A stretch of DNA of 61,764 bases, filler included, from Nitrospinota bacterium (GTDB lineage Bacteria; JAUXIQ01): the NCBI GenBank assembly GCA_030620925.1. It is 8 parts of 8 records of this genome, joined end to end, with 100 filler letters (N's around TTAATTAATTAA, not from the genome) between each part and the next. Parts side by side here need not be neighbours in the genome. Positions count along the whole stretch, not along the records: positions 9,457 to 33,910 come from JAUXIQ010000002.1; 7 more parts are not named here. One strand, given 5' to 3'. The translations under genes were made by a program, and so were the position numbers. Shown one piece after another: positions 18,924-29,062 of this stretch. Position 1 is the stretch's first letter. The number at the start of each line of letters is the position of its first letter. The notes below the pieces were generated by a model that was not told where the DNA came from, made no database searches, and was given only the letters and a program-made list of their open reading frames with translations.

Positions 18924-20423
18924 ATGGCACTTAGCAGCGCCGTAGACGCCTCCGCCGTCGCGCGGGTTCTCGGCATTAAAACAGTTTTTAAGGATCTACG
19001 GGGCGGGGGCATTCTGTTTTTGCCCCAGCGGGTAGCCGTAGTGGGGCAGGGTTCGTCGGTCTCGGTGTACGGTACCACAAAGCGCCAGGTGACCAGTGCG
19101 GTGGAGGTGGCCACGCTTTACGGCTTCGGCTCTCCCCTCCACCTGGCGGCCCGGCAGCTTTTCCCGGTGAATGGGGACGGGGTCGGAACGATCCCGGTAA
19201 CAGTTTACCCTCTGGAGGATGACGGCAGCGGCGTGGCTTCGGCCGGAGATATTACTCCGGCCGTAGCGCAGACCGAAGCGGCCGCGTATATCATCAAGGT
19301 TAATAACATCGATTCGGAAGCTTTTGTAATTCCGGCTACAGGCGCTACAGTTGCCTCGGTTGTGGCCCAAATGACGGCCGCTATCAACGCCGTACTCGAA
19401 ATGCCGGTTATTGCCACAGACGGCGCCACGGTCTGCAACCTTGCCTCTAAGTGGAAAGGCGCCAGCGCGAACGGTATTGTTATAGAAGTTGTGGGCTCAA
19501 CCACAGCGGGTACCACTTTCGCAATTACCCAGCCTACCGGCGGTTTGGTAAATCCGGATGTAGACGACGCACTGAACCAGGTCGGAAACGTCTGGGAAAC
19601 CATGATGCTGAACTGTCTGGATGTTGCGGACACCGTCACTCTCGACAAGTACCAGACGTTCGGGGACGGACGGTGGGGCGCTCTTGTACGAAAACCCTTG
19701 GTTGTGTTCTCAGGCGAAACAGGAGCAGTAGTCAACACAGCTATAGCCGTCCCTGACGCACGCAAGACAGACAAAGTAAACGTCCAGCTCGTCGCTCCTG
19801 GATCTGTAGACCTCCCCTTTGTAGTAGCGGCCCGCCAGCTTGCCCGGATCGGGGTGGTGGCGAACAACAACCCGCCACAGGATTACGGTAGCCAGGACGC
19901 CACAGGGCTCACACCCGGAACGGACGGAGAGCAGTGGACCTACCCCCAGCGGGATCAGGCAGTTAAGGCCGGGAGTTCCACGGTTGAGGTTAAGGATGGT
20001 GTGGTCAATGTGTCGGACACTGTCACCTTTTACCACCCGACGGGGGACCCGATTCCGGCGTATCGATTCGTGGTGGACATTGTCAAACTTCAGAACATTC
20101 TCTTTAATCTGGATCTGATTTTCGCTACCAAAGAATGGGACGGGGCCCCGCTCATCCCAGACGACCAACCCACGGTAAACCGCTCAGCTAAAAAGCCAAA
20201 GACGGCGGTGGCGGCGGTTGCATCCATGCTGGACAGCCTCGGCTTGAACGCTCTTATAAGTAACCCGGAAACGGCTAAGGCGAACACGTTCGCCGAGATC
20301 GACGCCCAGAATCCGAAGCGGTTGAACCTGGTTACTACCGTTCAGCTTTCCGGCAATTCAAACATAATTTCAGTTGACCTCGAATTTGGTTTTTTCTTCG
20401 GGACCCCAACGGTCGTAGCGTAA
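18924..20423 (+). CDS. Tail sheath protein
   Basis: 499 aa; LYGFGSPLHL, SKWKGASAN, EIDAQNPKRL; AGGAG RBS. Confidence 0.88.
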   Translation: MALSSAVDASAVARVLGIKTVFKDLRGGGILFLPQRVAVVGQGSSVSVYGTTKRQVTSAVEVATLYGFGSPLHLAARQLFPVNGDGVGTIPVTVYPLEDDGSGVASAGDITPAVAQTEAAAYIIKVNNIDSEAFVIPATGATVASVVAQMTAAINAVLEMPVIATDGATVCNLASKWKGASANGIVIEVVGSTTAGTTFAITQPTGGLVNPDVDDALNQVGNVWETMMLNCLDVADTVTLDKYQTFGDGRWGALVRKPLVVFSGETGAVVNTAIAVPDARKTDKVNVQLVAPGSVDLPFVVAARQLARIGVVANNNPPQDYGSQDATGLTPGTDGEQWTYPQRDQAVKAGSSTVEVKDGVVNVSDTVTFYHPTGDPIPAYRFVVDIVKLQNILFNLDLIFATKEWDGAPLIPDDQPTVNRSAKKPKTAVAAVASMLDSLGLNALISNPETAKANTFAEIDAQNPKRLNLVTTVQLSGNSNIISVDLEFGFFFGTPTVVA

Positions 20424-20433
20424 AGGAGGCCAC

Positions 20434-20817
20434 ATGCCAGCAGTTGGTGGGAGTATTGAATCAGTGAACCTCAAAGGCCGAGAGTTTCCGGTAGCCGCAG
20501 ACGCGGAAGCCCAGCGGAAGCTCGGGGGCTTTGAGAATGAAGTGCAGGCGAACGGGGACGGTACGGCACGTTTGATTAAAACGAGAGTCCCTTTATCCTT
20601 GGATGGGCTTACGGTCGAGATCGACGACAGCCGGGGGGATCACGAGTTTCTCCAGGATCTGTCGAATGAGAACGACTTCTGGCCTATTGCAATTACCTAC
20701 GCTTCTGGGGTAACGTATCAGGGAACGGCCCAGATCACAGGCGAAACCCAGGCCAGTAGTCAGAACGCCACGGCGGCGGTTTCGTTCATGGGCCCAGGGG
20801 TTCTCAGCAAGCAATAA
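20434..20817 (+). CDS. Tail tube protein
   Basis: 127 aa directly after the sheath gene; GGAGG RBS. Confidence 0.8.
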   Translation: MPAVGGSIESVNLKGREFPVAADAEAQRKLGGFENEVQANGDGTARLIKTRVPLSLDGLTVEIDDSRGDHEFLQDLSNENDFWPIAITYASGVTYQGTAQITGETQASSQNATAAVSFMGPGVLSKQ

Positions 20818-20906
20818 AAATAAATAGGGATATGTCGTGCGGGCCACCCTATCCCTCCACTCGGTTAGCTCCGGGGCACGGCATCAACTATAATAGGGTG
20901 GTAAAA

Positions 20907-21320
20907 ATGGAATGCAAAATCGCTAAAGAAGTGGCGGAAGCAGAGTTCGAGAAGTGGGCCGAGGATATGGACCTTGACCACGACACGGACGGAATGGACG
21001 CAGAAGACCTGACCGCGTTTAACAAGCAGAAGAACCGGATCGTACGCTCCATCATGCAGGGTGCGCTCGTTTTCAACGACGACGGGGAAGCAGTATTCAC
21101 CCCGCAGCACAAAAACGCTAAGAGTACCGACCCGATCACCTTCTACGAAAGCGACGGCGCATCTCTAAAAGCTATGGACGGGAAAAAGAAAAATCAGGAT
21201 ATGTCGAAAACTTTTGCGGTAATGGCAGCCATGTGCAAGGTCCCGCCCGTTACGCTCGTTAACCTCATAGGCCCCGACCGTAAAGTGGCAATGGCGCTGT
21301 ACGCGCTTTTAATGGATTAG
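20907..21320 (+). CDS. Tail assembly chaperone (G-like)
   Basis: Acidic 137-aa ORF between tube and tape measure genes. Confidence 0.75.
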   Translation: MECKIAKEVAEAEFEKWAEDMDLDHDTDGMDAEDLTAFNKQKNRIVRSIMQGALVFNDDGEAVFTPQHKNAKSTDPITFYESDGASLKAMDGKKKNQDMSKTFAVMAAMCKVPPVTLVNLIGPDRKVAMALYALLMD

Positions 21321-21532
21321 TCAATACCCCTCTGGTCCGATATGGTGTTGACGCAAAACTACCGAACGGGGGCCATGTGTCTGGGGTGGTTTATACCGAA
21401 ATGTTCTACCAGATTTGCCGGGACTATTCGACCTTACCCGACATAAGAACTATAACGGCGAGCGAAATCAGATTTTTCTACAACGGCCTAAGGGCAGAGC
21501 TAAGAGAACACACGAAACCAAAAGGGAAATAA
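21320..21532 (+). CDS. Tail assembly chaperone extension (T-like), probably made by -1 frameshift; missing from the ORF track
   Basis: The -1 frame is open 21284-21532 (…VYTEMFYQICRDYSTLPDIRTITASEIRFFYNGLRAEL…) and stops just before the tape measure ATG at 21534. Confidence 0.6.
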   Translation, partial: VNTPLVRYGVDAKLPNGGHVSGVVYTEMFYQICRDYSTLPDIRTITASEIRFFYNGLRAELREHTKPKGK

Positions 21533-21533
21533 A

Positions 21534-23504
21534 ATGGCCGGTCGTTTCTCAGTCGAAGCAGTATTCAAAGCCGTGGACCGGGTGACGGCCCCCGTTTCCA
21601 AGATGCAAAACCGCGTAGGGAAATTCACGCGGTCCACCGAAAAAAACTTCCGTAAGTTAAATAAATCTGTAGGCAAATTTACCGACGGGATAAAGCAAGG
21701 CGCAATAGCAGTCGGCGCCGCCACCGCGGTCATGGCCGTGGCGCTCACTTCTGTTGTGGCCACGGGTGCGGAGTTTGAACAGACCATAGTCAATGCCGCC
21801 GCTAAGTTCCCCGGAGAGATCCAGAAGGGCAGCGCCGCGTTTAAAGGCCTGGAGGACGCAGCCAAACAGACAGGCAAGACGACGGAGTTTTCGGCCAGTC
21901 AAGCAGCTGGCGCGCTTAACTTTTTAGCCATGGCGGGTTTTGACGCTGAATCGGCGGTAGCTGCCCTACCTGGGGTCGTGGATTTAGCCACAGCCGCCGG
22001 AGTAGATTTAGCCACAGCCACGGACATAGCTTCCGACTCGCTCGGAGCGTTCGGGCTGGCCACGAAAGACCCTATCCAGCTGGGCAAGAACTTAGCCCGA
22101 GTCAATGACATCCTCGCCAAAACTTCCACGTCAGCAAATACTACAGTCGAAGGTCTGTTCGAAGCCATAAAAGAGGGGGGTCCGATTGCGGTAACCTCTG
22201 GGGCTTCCATGGAAACGTTCGCCGCTCTCGCCGGGGAATTGGCGAACGCCGGTATAAAAGGGAGCCAGGCGGGGACCACACTTAAAAACATGTTCCTCAA
22301 ATTAGCCGCGCCTGCAGGTGACGGCGCCAAACTTCTGGAGCGTTTCGGGGTTCAAACCCGGGATACTAACGGGGACATGCTTGATATTGTTGATATCCTC
22401 GGGAAGCTGGACACCTCGCTGGGGGGTTTAGGGACGGCGGAAAAGTCCGGAGTTTTAGAGGCCATATTCGGTAAGATTCCACTCGCCGGGGTAAACGTTC
22501 TCTTAAAATCTGGATCTAAAAAACTGAATGAATATAGAGGGGAACTGGAGGCCGCTTCCGGAGCCTCGGCTAAAATGGCCGGGGTTATGCGGGACACTTT
22601 ACAGGGCCGTTTAAACTCCCTATCCTCTGCGGTAGAAGGTGTAAAAATATCCATTTTCAGCATGACGAGCGGCCCCCTCTCTGATGTTATCGATAAGACT
22701 ACAGAATGGGTACGGGTAAACGAGGGTCTAATCTCCTCCAAAGTTGGCGGGTTCCTGGCCATGATCATCAGTAACTTCGATAAGATCGTTACGTGGACCA
22801 AACGGATCGGCGTAGGGTTTGCTGTTTTTCTGGTACTTGCGGGGGTACTAAAAACCTTTATAGTCGTACTGACAGCGGTGAATCTGGTAATGGCGCTGAA
22901 CCCGGTAGGACTCATGGTTCTGGGAATTGTGGCCTTGATAGCCGCCATAGCTCTGGCCGTCGCGGCTATTATAAAATGGAAAGACGTTATAATAGGGGCT
23001 TTTTTGGGTATGTCCGACTCGGTACTGGTAGTCGCTGGGATAATCGGCAGCTTTGTAATCGGGCCAATGGCGTTACTTATGGCCGCCGGTCTCCTGTTGA
23101 TAAAAAACTGGGAACCTGTAGGGGAATTTTTCTCCAGTCTATGGGGCGGAATAGTAGAAATGTTCGATAAATCTGTGGGCAGGATTCTCAAAGTGGTGGA
23201 TAAAATAAAAAGCGTAGCCGCGAGTGTAAGCAAGTTTTTACCTGAGGGGGAGACCCGTCCGGGTATCCTCGGATTTACCGGCGGTAGCCCCCTGCTGTCG
23301 GACGGGAGCGACGGAGCAGAGGCAGGCGGCGGCGGTGCCGACCCTCAGGTGGTATCTCCTCAGGAACGGGTTGCCGCCAGTATCGAAGAACGGCGAACAA
23401 CCAGCAGCGCTGAAGTTACCATCCGAGACGAGACGAAACGGGCGGAGGTCACAGGTGGATCGCTCGGACCAGGGTTGAACCTTATAAGCTCAGGAGCATT
23501 TTAA
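21534..23504 (+). CDS. Tail tape measure protein, TP901 core type
   Basis: TTEFSASQAAGALNFLAMAG, GIKGSQAGT, hydrophobic C-terminal half. Confidence 0.93.
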   Translation: MAGRFSVEAVFKAVDRVTAPVSKMQNRVGKFTRSTEKNFRKLNKSVGKFTDGIKQGAIAVGAATAVMAVALTSVVATGAEFEQTIVNAAAKFPGEIQKGSAAFKGLEDAAKQTGKTTEFSASQAAGALNFLAMAGFDAESAVAALPGVVDLATAAGVDLATATDIASDSLGAFGLATKDPIQLGKNLARVNDILAKTSTSANTTVEGLFEAIKEGGPIAVTSGASMETFAALAGELANAGIKGSQAGTTLKNMFLKLAAPAGDGAKLLERFGVQTRDTNGDMLDIVDILGKLDTSLGGLGTAEKSGVLEAIFGKIPLAGVNVLLKSGSKKLNEYRGELEAASGASAKMAGVMRDTLQGRLNSLSSAVEGVKISIFSMTSGPLSDVIDKTTEWVRVNEGLISSKVGGFLAMIISNFDKIVTWTKRIGVGFAVFLVLAGVLKTFIVVLTAVNLVMALNPVGLMVLGIVALIAAIALAVAAIIKWKDVIIGAFLGMSDSVLVVAGIIGSFVIGPMALLMAAGLLLIKNWEPVGEFFSSLWGGIVEMFDKSVGRILKVVDKIKSVAASVSKFLPEGETRPGILGFTGGSPLLSDGSDGAEAGGGGADPQVVSPQERVAASIEERRTTSSAEVTIRDETKRAEVTGGSLGPGLNLISSGAF

Positions 23505-24767
23505 ATGGCATGGAATGACCGGATAAGAGAAGCTGCATATACCTCCCCGAGCGGCATCCGCCAGCCGTTCATTTACGAAAATGTAACTCAAGTATGGGAT
23601 AAGAAGACCGAGGGGTTTAACTTCCCCGATGCGGACGGAACGTTTGTTCAGGATAACGGACGATCGGGGCGACGCTTCCCTCTTAGGGTTATATTTTCCG
23701 GCGGGGACCACGATACCGAGGCTGAAGCGTTTGACGCACTTTTGGTAGAGAGGGGAACCGGGACCCTGGACCACCCCATGTACGGCACGGTTTTAGTTGT
23801 TCCGTTCGGGGCTATTACCCGTAGGGACGACCTCAAAACCGCGGCTAACCAAACGATATTTGAGGTCACTTTTTGGGAGACCATAGACCTCGTCTACCCG
23901 ACGGCTCAGACCGACCCGGCGAGCGCGGTGCTCGCTTCGGTGGAGGAGTACAACGAGGCAGCTGCCGAAGAACTTGCGGACGGCCTGTCTCTGGATACGG
24001 CGGTGGAGCGGGTCACGTCTAAGAATCAGGTACTGGCCCTCGTTGACACGGTAAAGTCTGGCCTGCAAGCGGTGGCGGACATTACAGAAGAGGTACAAAA
24101 AGAGTTTGACGCCATTGTGGATTCAATAACCAATGGAATAGACTTACTCGTGGGCGCACCCGTAGCGCTTGCCCTCCAGGTAACCCAAATGATCCAGGCG
24201 CCCGGGCGGGCCCTCGCGAGCATAAAATCTAAAATTGACGCCTACCAAAATCTAATAACCCGTATTGTCTCTGGGGCCCCTGGGTCTCCTACCAGCCCCG
24301 GGGATGAGGGGGAACCCGCACTCGCTGAGACCACAAACGCTCTGAGGACCGCCGACCTCTACGCGTCCAGCTACGTCACGGGATCCATCGTTTCGACCGT
24401 TAACAACCAATTTTTCTCTAAGACGGAAGCCCTCGAAGCCGCCCAGGAGGTACTCGCCCAGCTTGACGCGGTGGTGGTTTGGAGAGACGCCAATTTTGAA
24501 GCACTCGAAGAGATCGACACGGGCGGGTCATATCAAAAGCTCCAGGAGGCGGTAGCCCTTACCGCCGGTTTTCTGGTGGAAATCTCCTTCACGCTTAAAA
24601 CCGAACGCAGGATAGTGCTCGACCGCGACCGGACTATGATTGACCTTGTGGCCCAGCTCTACGGGGCGGTGGATTCGGAGCTCGATTTCTTCATAACTTC
24701 AAACGATCTAAGCGGCTCCGAGATTTTAGAGTTGCCCGCAGGCCGGAGGATAGTGTACTATACGTAA
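23505..24767 (+). CDS. DNA circularization / tail protein, Mu gp43-like
   Basis: MAWNDRIREAAY, FVQDNGR, GTLDHPMYG motifs. Confidence 0.8.
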   Translation: MAWNDRIREAAYTSPSGIRQPFIYENVTQVWDKKTEGFNFPDADGTFVQDNGRSGRRFPLRVIFSGGDHDTEAEAFDALLVERGTGTLDHPMYGTVLVVPFGAITRRDDLKTAANQTIFEVTFWETIDLVYPTAQTDPASAVLASVEEYNEAAAEELADGLSLDTAVERVTSKNQVLALVDTVKSGLQAVADITEEVQKEFDAIVDSITNGIDLLVGAPVALALQVTQMIQAPGRALASIKSKIDAYQNLITRIVSGAPGSPTSPGDEGEPALAETTNALRTADLYASSYVTGSIVSTVNNQFFSKTEALEAAQEVLAQLDAVVVWRDANFEALEEIDTGGSYQKLQEAVALTAGFLVEISFTLKTERRIVLDRDRTMIDLVAQLYGAVDSELDFFITSNDLSGSEILELPAGRRIVYYT

Positions 24768-24789
24768 TATATTGTAACAAAAGGGGCGT

Positions 24790-26010
24790 ATGGGAAACTA
24801 CATCACAACTACGGGGGACACTTTCAGTCTTGTCTCTCGGAAAAAATACGGAACAGAACAGGAAGCGTCCCGCATAGCCCGGGCCAACCCCGGGACAACT
24901 GAACCCCTCCAAGTCGGTACCGTTCTCGTGATCCCGCCTGTGCCCCGAGACCTCGCGCAAAACGCCCCGGCGGATAGACCAGACGAGGTAGCCCTTTTAA
25001 TAGACGGGGTGCGGTTCCGGTTCTGGGACTCGGTGAGCATAACCCGCTCGATTGATATCATGGACACTATCACATTCGGGACCCCTTTCGATCCGGACGC
25101 CCCTGGTTTCAAGGAGAATTTCCGCCCTATGAGTTTCAAACCCGTAGCGGTGACGGTCGGCGGTGAACCTCTTTTCACAGGAACCATGGTGGGGGTTGAC
25201 CCATCTTTACAGAACAACAGCAAAACCCTATCCGTCAGCGGGTACTCTCTGCCGGGGGTCTTAAATGACTGTACTATGCCCTCAAGCTCCAACCCCCTCG
25301 AATACAACGGGCTCACACTCCAAGAGATAGCGACCAGTGCGGCAGGAGTGTTCGGCCTACAGGTAGAGTTTGACGCCGACCCAGGACCGGCATTCGAAAG
25401 AGTAGCAGCGGACCCAGCTCAAAAAGTGCTTAAGTTCTTATCAGGGTTAGCCGAGCAGAGAAACCTCGTGGTCACTGATACTGCCGGGGGTGCGCTCAGT
25501 TTCGTACAGTCTGTCCAGCCAGGTAACCCAGTAGCGATCCTGGAGCAGGGGGAGGCACCGTTACTCGGCGTGACTCCAACTTTCAACCCCCAGTCGTACT
25601 ACAGCCACATAACGGGGCTCACTAACACTATCGTCGGGATTGTCGGGCCTCAGTTTACCGTTAAAAACCCCCTACTGACCGGAGTACTCCGGCCTCTCAC
25701 GTACCGGCCAGCGGATACCCGGGATTCAGAGATCCGAACATCCGTTGAAACAAAAATGGGGCGGATGTTTGGGAACGTTGCGTCCTACTCGGCGGCCGTT
25801 GCAACCTGGAGAGACCCGAGCGGGGCCCTCTGGGAACCTAACACCACAATCAGACTGACTGCGCCGGGTGCTATGATCTATAACCCCTATGAGTTCGTGA
25901 TACGGTCGGTGCAGTTTGACCGGTCGGCGACCTCCGAAACGGCCGTTTTGAATTTAGTTCTACCGGGTTCATTCAGCGGAGAGATACCGGAGGCGCTACC
26001 ATGGGACTGA
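24790..26010 (+). CDS. Baseplate hub protein, Mu gp44-like, with N-terminal LysM-like domain
   Basis: YITTTGDTF...IARANP...LQVGTVLVIP LysM; FWDSVSITRSID; GALWEPN. Confidence 0.82.
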   Translation: MGNYITTTGDTFSLVSRKKYGTEQEASRIARANPGTTEPLQVGTVLVIPPVPRDLAQNAPADRPDEVALLIDGVRFRFWDSVSITRSIDIMDTITFGTPFDPDAPGFKENFRPMSFKPVAVTVGGEPLFTGTMVGVDPSLQNNSKTLSVSGYSLPGVLNDCTMPSSSNPLEYNGLTLQEIATSAAGVFGLQVEFDADPGPAFERVAADPAQKVLKFLSGLAEQRNLVVTDTAGGALSFVQSVQPGNPVAILEQGEAPLLGVTPTFNPQSYYSHITGLTNTIVGIVGPQFTVKNPLLTGVLRPLTYRPADTRDSEIRTSVETKMGRMFGNVASYSAAVATWRDPSGALWEPNTTIRLTAPGAMIYNPYEFVIRSVQFDRSATSETAVLNLVLPGSFSGEIPEALPWD

Positions 26011-26606
26011 TATCGAGAGTTTTATCTTTTACCCGGATTGTCGGAAACTCGGCGAACGTCTCGGACGTGAAAGCGGACCCGGGCGGCGGTCCGAATATTA
26101 CAATGGGACATTTTGCCCCGGCTGGGGACGACTCTTTCCCCATAGATACGGACTACGTAGTATCGGTAGGGGTACCCGGGAGCGGAAGGCAGGCGGCGGT
26201 GGGGTACGCCGACCCCCTGAACACGCCGAAGGCTCTGAAAGGGGATAAACGGATTTACGCGCGGAAGGCGGACGGGTCTGTTGGGGTCGATTTGTGGCTA
26301 CATGCTGACGGAACGGGCCGCCTGGAAAACTATAACGGGTCGGTTACTCTCGCGCCGGACGGTACGCTGACTCTTTTAAATTCTAACGGTTCGTACACGG
26401 TCGGGGCGGACGGGTCCCAAACGGGGGCAAATGGGGCCGGCTCCTTCGGGCTCCTGGCAAATGGGGACTTTGTAGCCAACGGCGCGGTGATCTCAGCCGC
26501 AGGTGCCGTCACAGATGCCTCAGGTAAGACGCTCGGAACGCACGCACACCCACAGGACAGCGACAGCAACGGAGATACTCAACAGGACACGGGAGGCCCA
26601 CTGTGA
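26001..26606 (+). CDS. Baseplate spike protein, Mu gp45-like
   Basis: Gly-rich beta-repeat C-terminus ending in an HxH (THAH) tip motif. Confidence 0.8.
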   Translation: MGLISRVLSFTRIVGNSANVSDVKADPGGGPNITMGHFAPAGDDSFPIDTDYVVSVGVPGSGRQAAVGYADPLNTPKALKGDKRIYARKADGSVGVDLWLHADGTGRLENYNGSVTLAPDGTLTLLNSNGSYTVGADGSQTGANGAGSFGLLANGDFVANGAVISAAGAVTDASGKTLGTHAHPQDSDSNGDTQQDTGGPL

Positions 26607-27046
26607 CCCAGCAAGGAGACGTTTTACTCTTTCAAACTATAGACGACGGTGATATGCTTGTCGAAAATGGTATAGCCCAAATGTCCGGAGGTTTAGAAAC
26701 CACTGTATACCTGTCTATGTTCGGGGGTAACGAGGACGACCCGGGGCAGTCTGACACTACCGAAACGTGGTGGGGCAACCTGGACGAGATCGACCCGGCA
26801 CGGCAGTACCGCAGCGCAACCCAGAATCTGCTACAGGCGTTACCTGCTACGGCCCGGAACTTGAGGCGGGTAGAGGATGCGGCCGAAAGTGACCTCGCCT
26901 GGATGGTTACAGAGGGGGCGGCGTCTGCGGTCAAGACTGAGGCTACCATCCCAGCACTTAACCGGGTTCAGATCGACGTAAACATTGTGGCTATAGGTGG
27001 GGAAGAAACTTTCACGTACATTGAGAATTGGAAATCCGCAACATGA
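26603..27046 (+). CDS. Baseplate protein, Mu gp46-like
   Basis: GLETTVYLSMF, WWGN, DLAWMV motifs. Confidence 0.82.
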   Translation: MTQQGDVLLFQTIDDGDMLVENGIAQMSGGLETTVYLSMFGGNEDDPGQSDTTETWWGNLDEIDPARQYRSATQNLLQALPATARNLRRVEDAAESDLAWMVTEGAASAVKTEATIPALNRVQIDVNIVAIGGEETFTYIENWKSAT

Positions 27047-28239
27047 GTTTAGATACCCCAACAACTAAAGAGATTAGCGACAACATAATCGCCCAGCTTG
27101 AGGCGTCTTTAAACCAAACGATTCCGCTATTGCCTAAGTCTTTTATGCGGGTGTTGTCGAAAGCTATCGCCGGCGTTTTTATCCTCCTGTATAAATACGC
27201 TGGATTTATCTTTCTACAGATGTTCGTTCAGACCGCCTCGATTAAAGACACCGTAGTCCTCGGCGTAACAGTTAGCCCCCTCAAATTTTGGGGCCGGCTT
27301 ATAGGTATTGGGGATCCGGTACCGGCTACAAACGCGGAATTACTCATCGATATCACAGTGGAGACCCAGGCGGGAGTTCTGCCGAGCGGTTCGCCGCTGA
27401 TACGGTCTGATACGGGTGTAACGTATTTAACAATCGGAGCGGTTGCGCTCAACGCCGCAACGGTCCAGGCCGTAGCGCGGGCCGCTTCGGACCAGACGGG
27501 CGGGGGTGGGTCAGGTGTTATCGGAAACTTAGAACCTGGGGACATTATCTCTTTTGCTAACCCCCTGCCGAACGTAGCCCGTAACACTGTTGTGACCTCC
27601 CAAGTAGGCACCGGGGCCAATGCTGAGAGTACAGACGCTTACCGGCAACGTATCATAGACCGATTTCAGAAACGCCCACAAGGTGGGGCGTACGCAGACT
27701 ATGAGCAGTGGGGGGAAGAAGCTGCCGGGGTGATAAACGTTTACCCATACACAAGCGATTGCCCTGGCCAAGTTGACGTATACTGCGAGGCGACCGTAGC
27801 CAGTTCGGGAGACCCAGACGGGATACCCTCGTCGGCCCAACTGCAGGCGGTTTTAGACTCCATCGAATTTGACGAGAACGGACTGGCCACGAGGCGCCCG
27901 GCGAACGCATTGGCCAATGCGTTTCCCATCACCCGGACTGGCTTTGACGTTAAAGTGGCGGGCCTAATTACGGATAACCTGGCACAAGTTCAAGCGGGCA
28001 TAGAGTCGGGTGTAACAGAATACTTTCTTGGGAGAGAGCCTTACATCATCGGCTTATCAATCCCGCCCCGCCGAGACCGAATAACCGAGAGCGCCCTGGG
28101 GGGTATTGTAGAAGACATTGTAAGCGCGTCTGGCGGCGTGTTTGCTGGCATAGTGCTAACCCTCCTAACCGAACCCGTGACTATATACACTCTTGGGATC
28201 GGAGAGAAGGCGAAAGCTGAGTCGGTGGTTTTCGTATGA
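27043..28239 (+). CDS. Baseplate J / Mu gp47-like protein
   Basis: GANAESTDAYRQRI...PQGGAYADYEQW. Confidence 0.88.
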   Translation: MSLDTPTTKEISDNIIAQLEASLNQTIPLLPKSFMRVLSKAIAGVFILLYKYAGFIFLQMFVQTASIKDTVVLGVTVSPLKFWGRLIGIGDPVPATNAELLIDITVETQAGVLPSGSPLIRSDTGVTYLTIGAVALNAATVQAVARAASDQTGGGGSGVIGNLEPGDIISFANPLPNVARNTVVTSQVGTGANAESTDAYRQRIIDRFQKRPQGGAYADYEQWGEEAAGVINVYPYTSDCPGQVDVYCEATVASSGDPDGIPSSAQLQAVLDSIEFDENGLATRRPANALANAFPITRTGFDVKVAGLITDNLAQVQAGIESGVTEYFLGREPYIIGLSIPPRRDRITESALGGIVEDIVSASGGVFAGIVLTLLTEPVTIYTLGIGEKAKAESVVFV

Positions 28240-29051
28240 CTTTCTTAAATATTTTTAAGCACCTACTACCGAACGCCCGCGCGTGGAGGATAACCACGGA
28301 TAAGCGGTTACGGGAGTTTTTTACGGGGTTATCGGGTACAGGTGCCGACGTTAAAATATTTATAGATAGGGTCTGGTCAGACCTGAGCCCACAGTTAACT
28401 CGGGAGTTATCAAAATGGGAAAACCAATTCGGCTTACCTGGGACTAATCTATCCGATCAAGAGAGGCGGGATCGATTAGAAGCTACTTGGAAAGCTTTAG
28501 GTGGCCAGGATCCCCGGTATATTCAAGACACCCTACAATCGAATGGGTTTGAAGTATACGTCCACGAATGGTGGGAGCCAGGTACGGAAGCGGCTGTGGG
28601 GGTCAAGGGGTGCGCCACCCCCCGCAACCCTTTGACTTGGTTACGGCGTGGGTTTTTTTCAAGCTCTCTTTTAGTTGAATGTGGCGAGCCTTTCGCTGAA
28701 TGTGGCGAGCCTTTCGCCGAATGTGGTAACAGCTTAAACCCCCAAGGGTACCCGCTCGTTAATAAAGTTTTACAAACAACACCGGATTTAATATGCTTAG
28801 CTGGTGAAGTAGTTATGGAATGTGGGGAACCGGACGCCGAGTGTGGTAACTACTTCGGATTTGTGGACTCTATTCGAGAGTATATAGTCCCGGGTAACCC
28901 AGATAAGTGGCCGTACTTCCTGTACATCGGAGGTGAGACGTTCGGAGATCTCGCGCAAGTTGAGCCCAATAGGCGGGACGAATTTGAAGCGTTATGTCTG
29001 AAGATCTGCCCTTTACAACAATGGCTCGGCATTTTGGTCGAATACACCTAA
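28236..29051 (+). CDS. Baseplate wedge protein, Mu gp48/DUF2313-like
   Basis: HLLPNARAW, LSKWENQFGLP, GGQDPRY motifs; ECGE repeats. Confidence 0.78.
   Translation: MTFLNIFKHLLPNARAWRITTDKRLREFFTGLSGTGADVKIFIDRVWSDLSPQLTRELSKWENQFGLPGTNLSDQERRDRLEATWKALGGQDPRYIQDTLQSNGFEVYVHEWWEPGTEAAVGVKGCATPRNPLTWLRRGFFSSSLLVECGEPFAECGEPFAECGNSLNPQGYPLVNKVLQTTPDLICLAGEVVMECGEPDAECGNYFGFVDSIREYIVPGNPDKWPYFLYIGGETFGDLAQVEPNRRDEFEALCLKICPLQQWLGILVEYT
28677..28726 (+). repeat. 21-bp tandem repeat (about 2.4 copies) encoding ECGEPFA
   Basis: GAATGTGGCGAGCCTTTCGC(T/C) twice, then GAATGTGG. Confidence 0.9.
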
Positions 29052-29062
29052 GGAGTGTACAA

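Noticed and set aside
22352-23233. Long antisense ORFs (e.g. 22352-23233, 7470-8210, 15679-16431, 56130-56909)
   Set aside because: Shadows of well-supported genes on the opposite strand, with no recognisable motifs
18924-29051. Tailocin, extracellular contractile injection system or gene transfer agent
   Set aside because: Terminase, portal and capsid genes are present, along with small phage-type accessory genes; a GTA-type holin domain alone does not make a GTA
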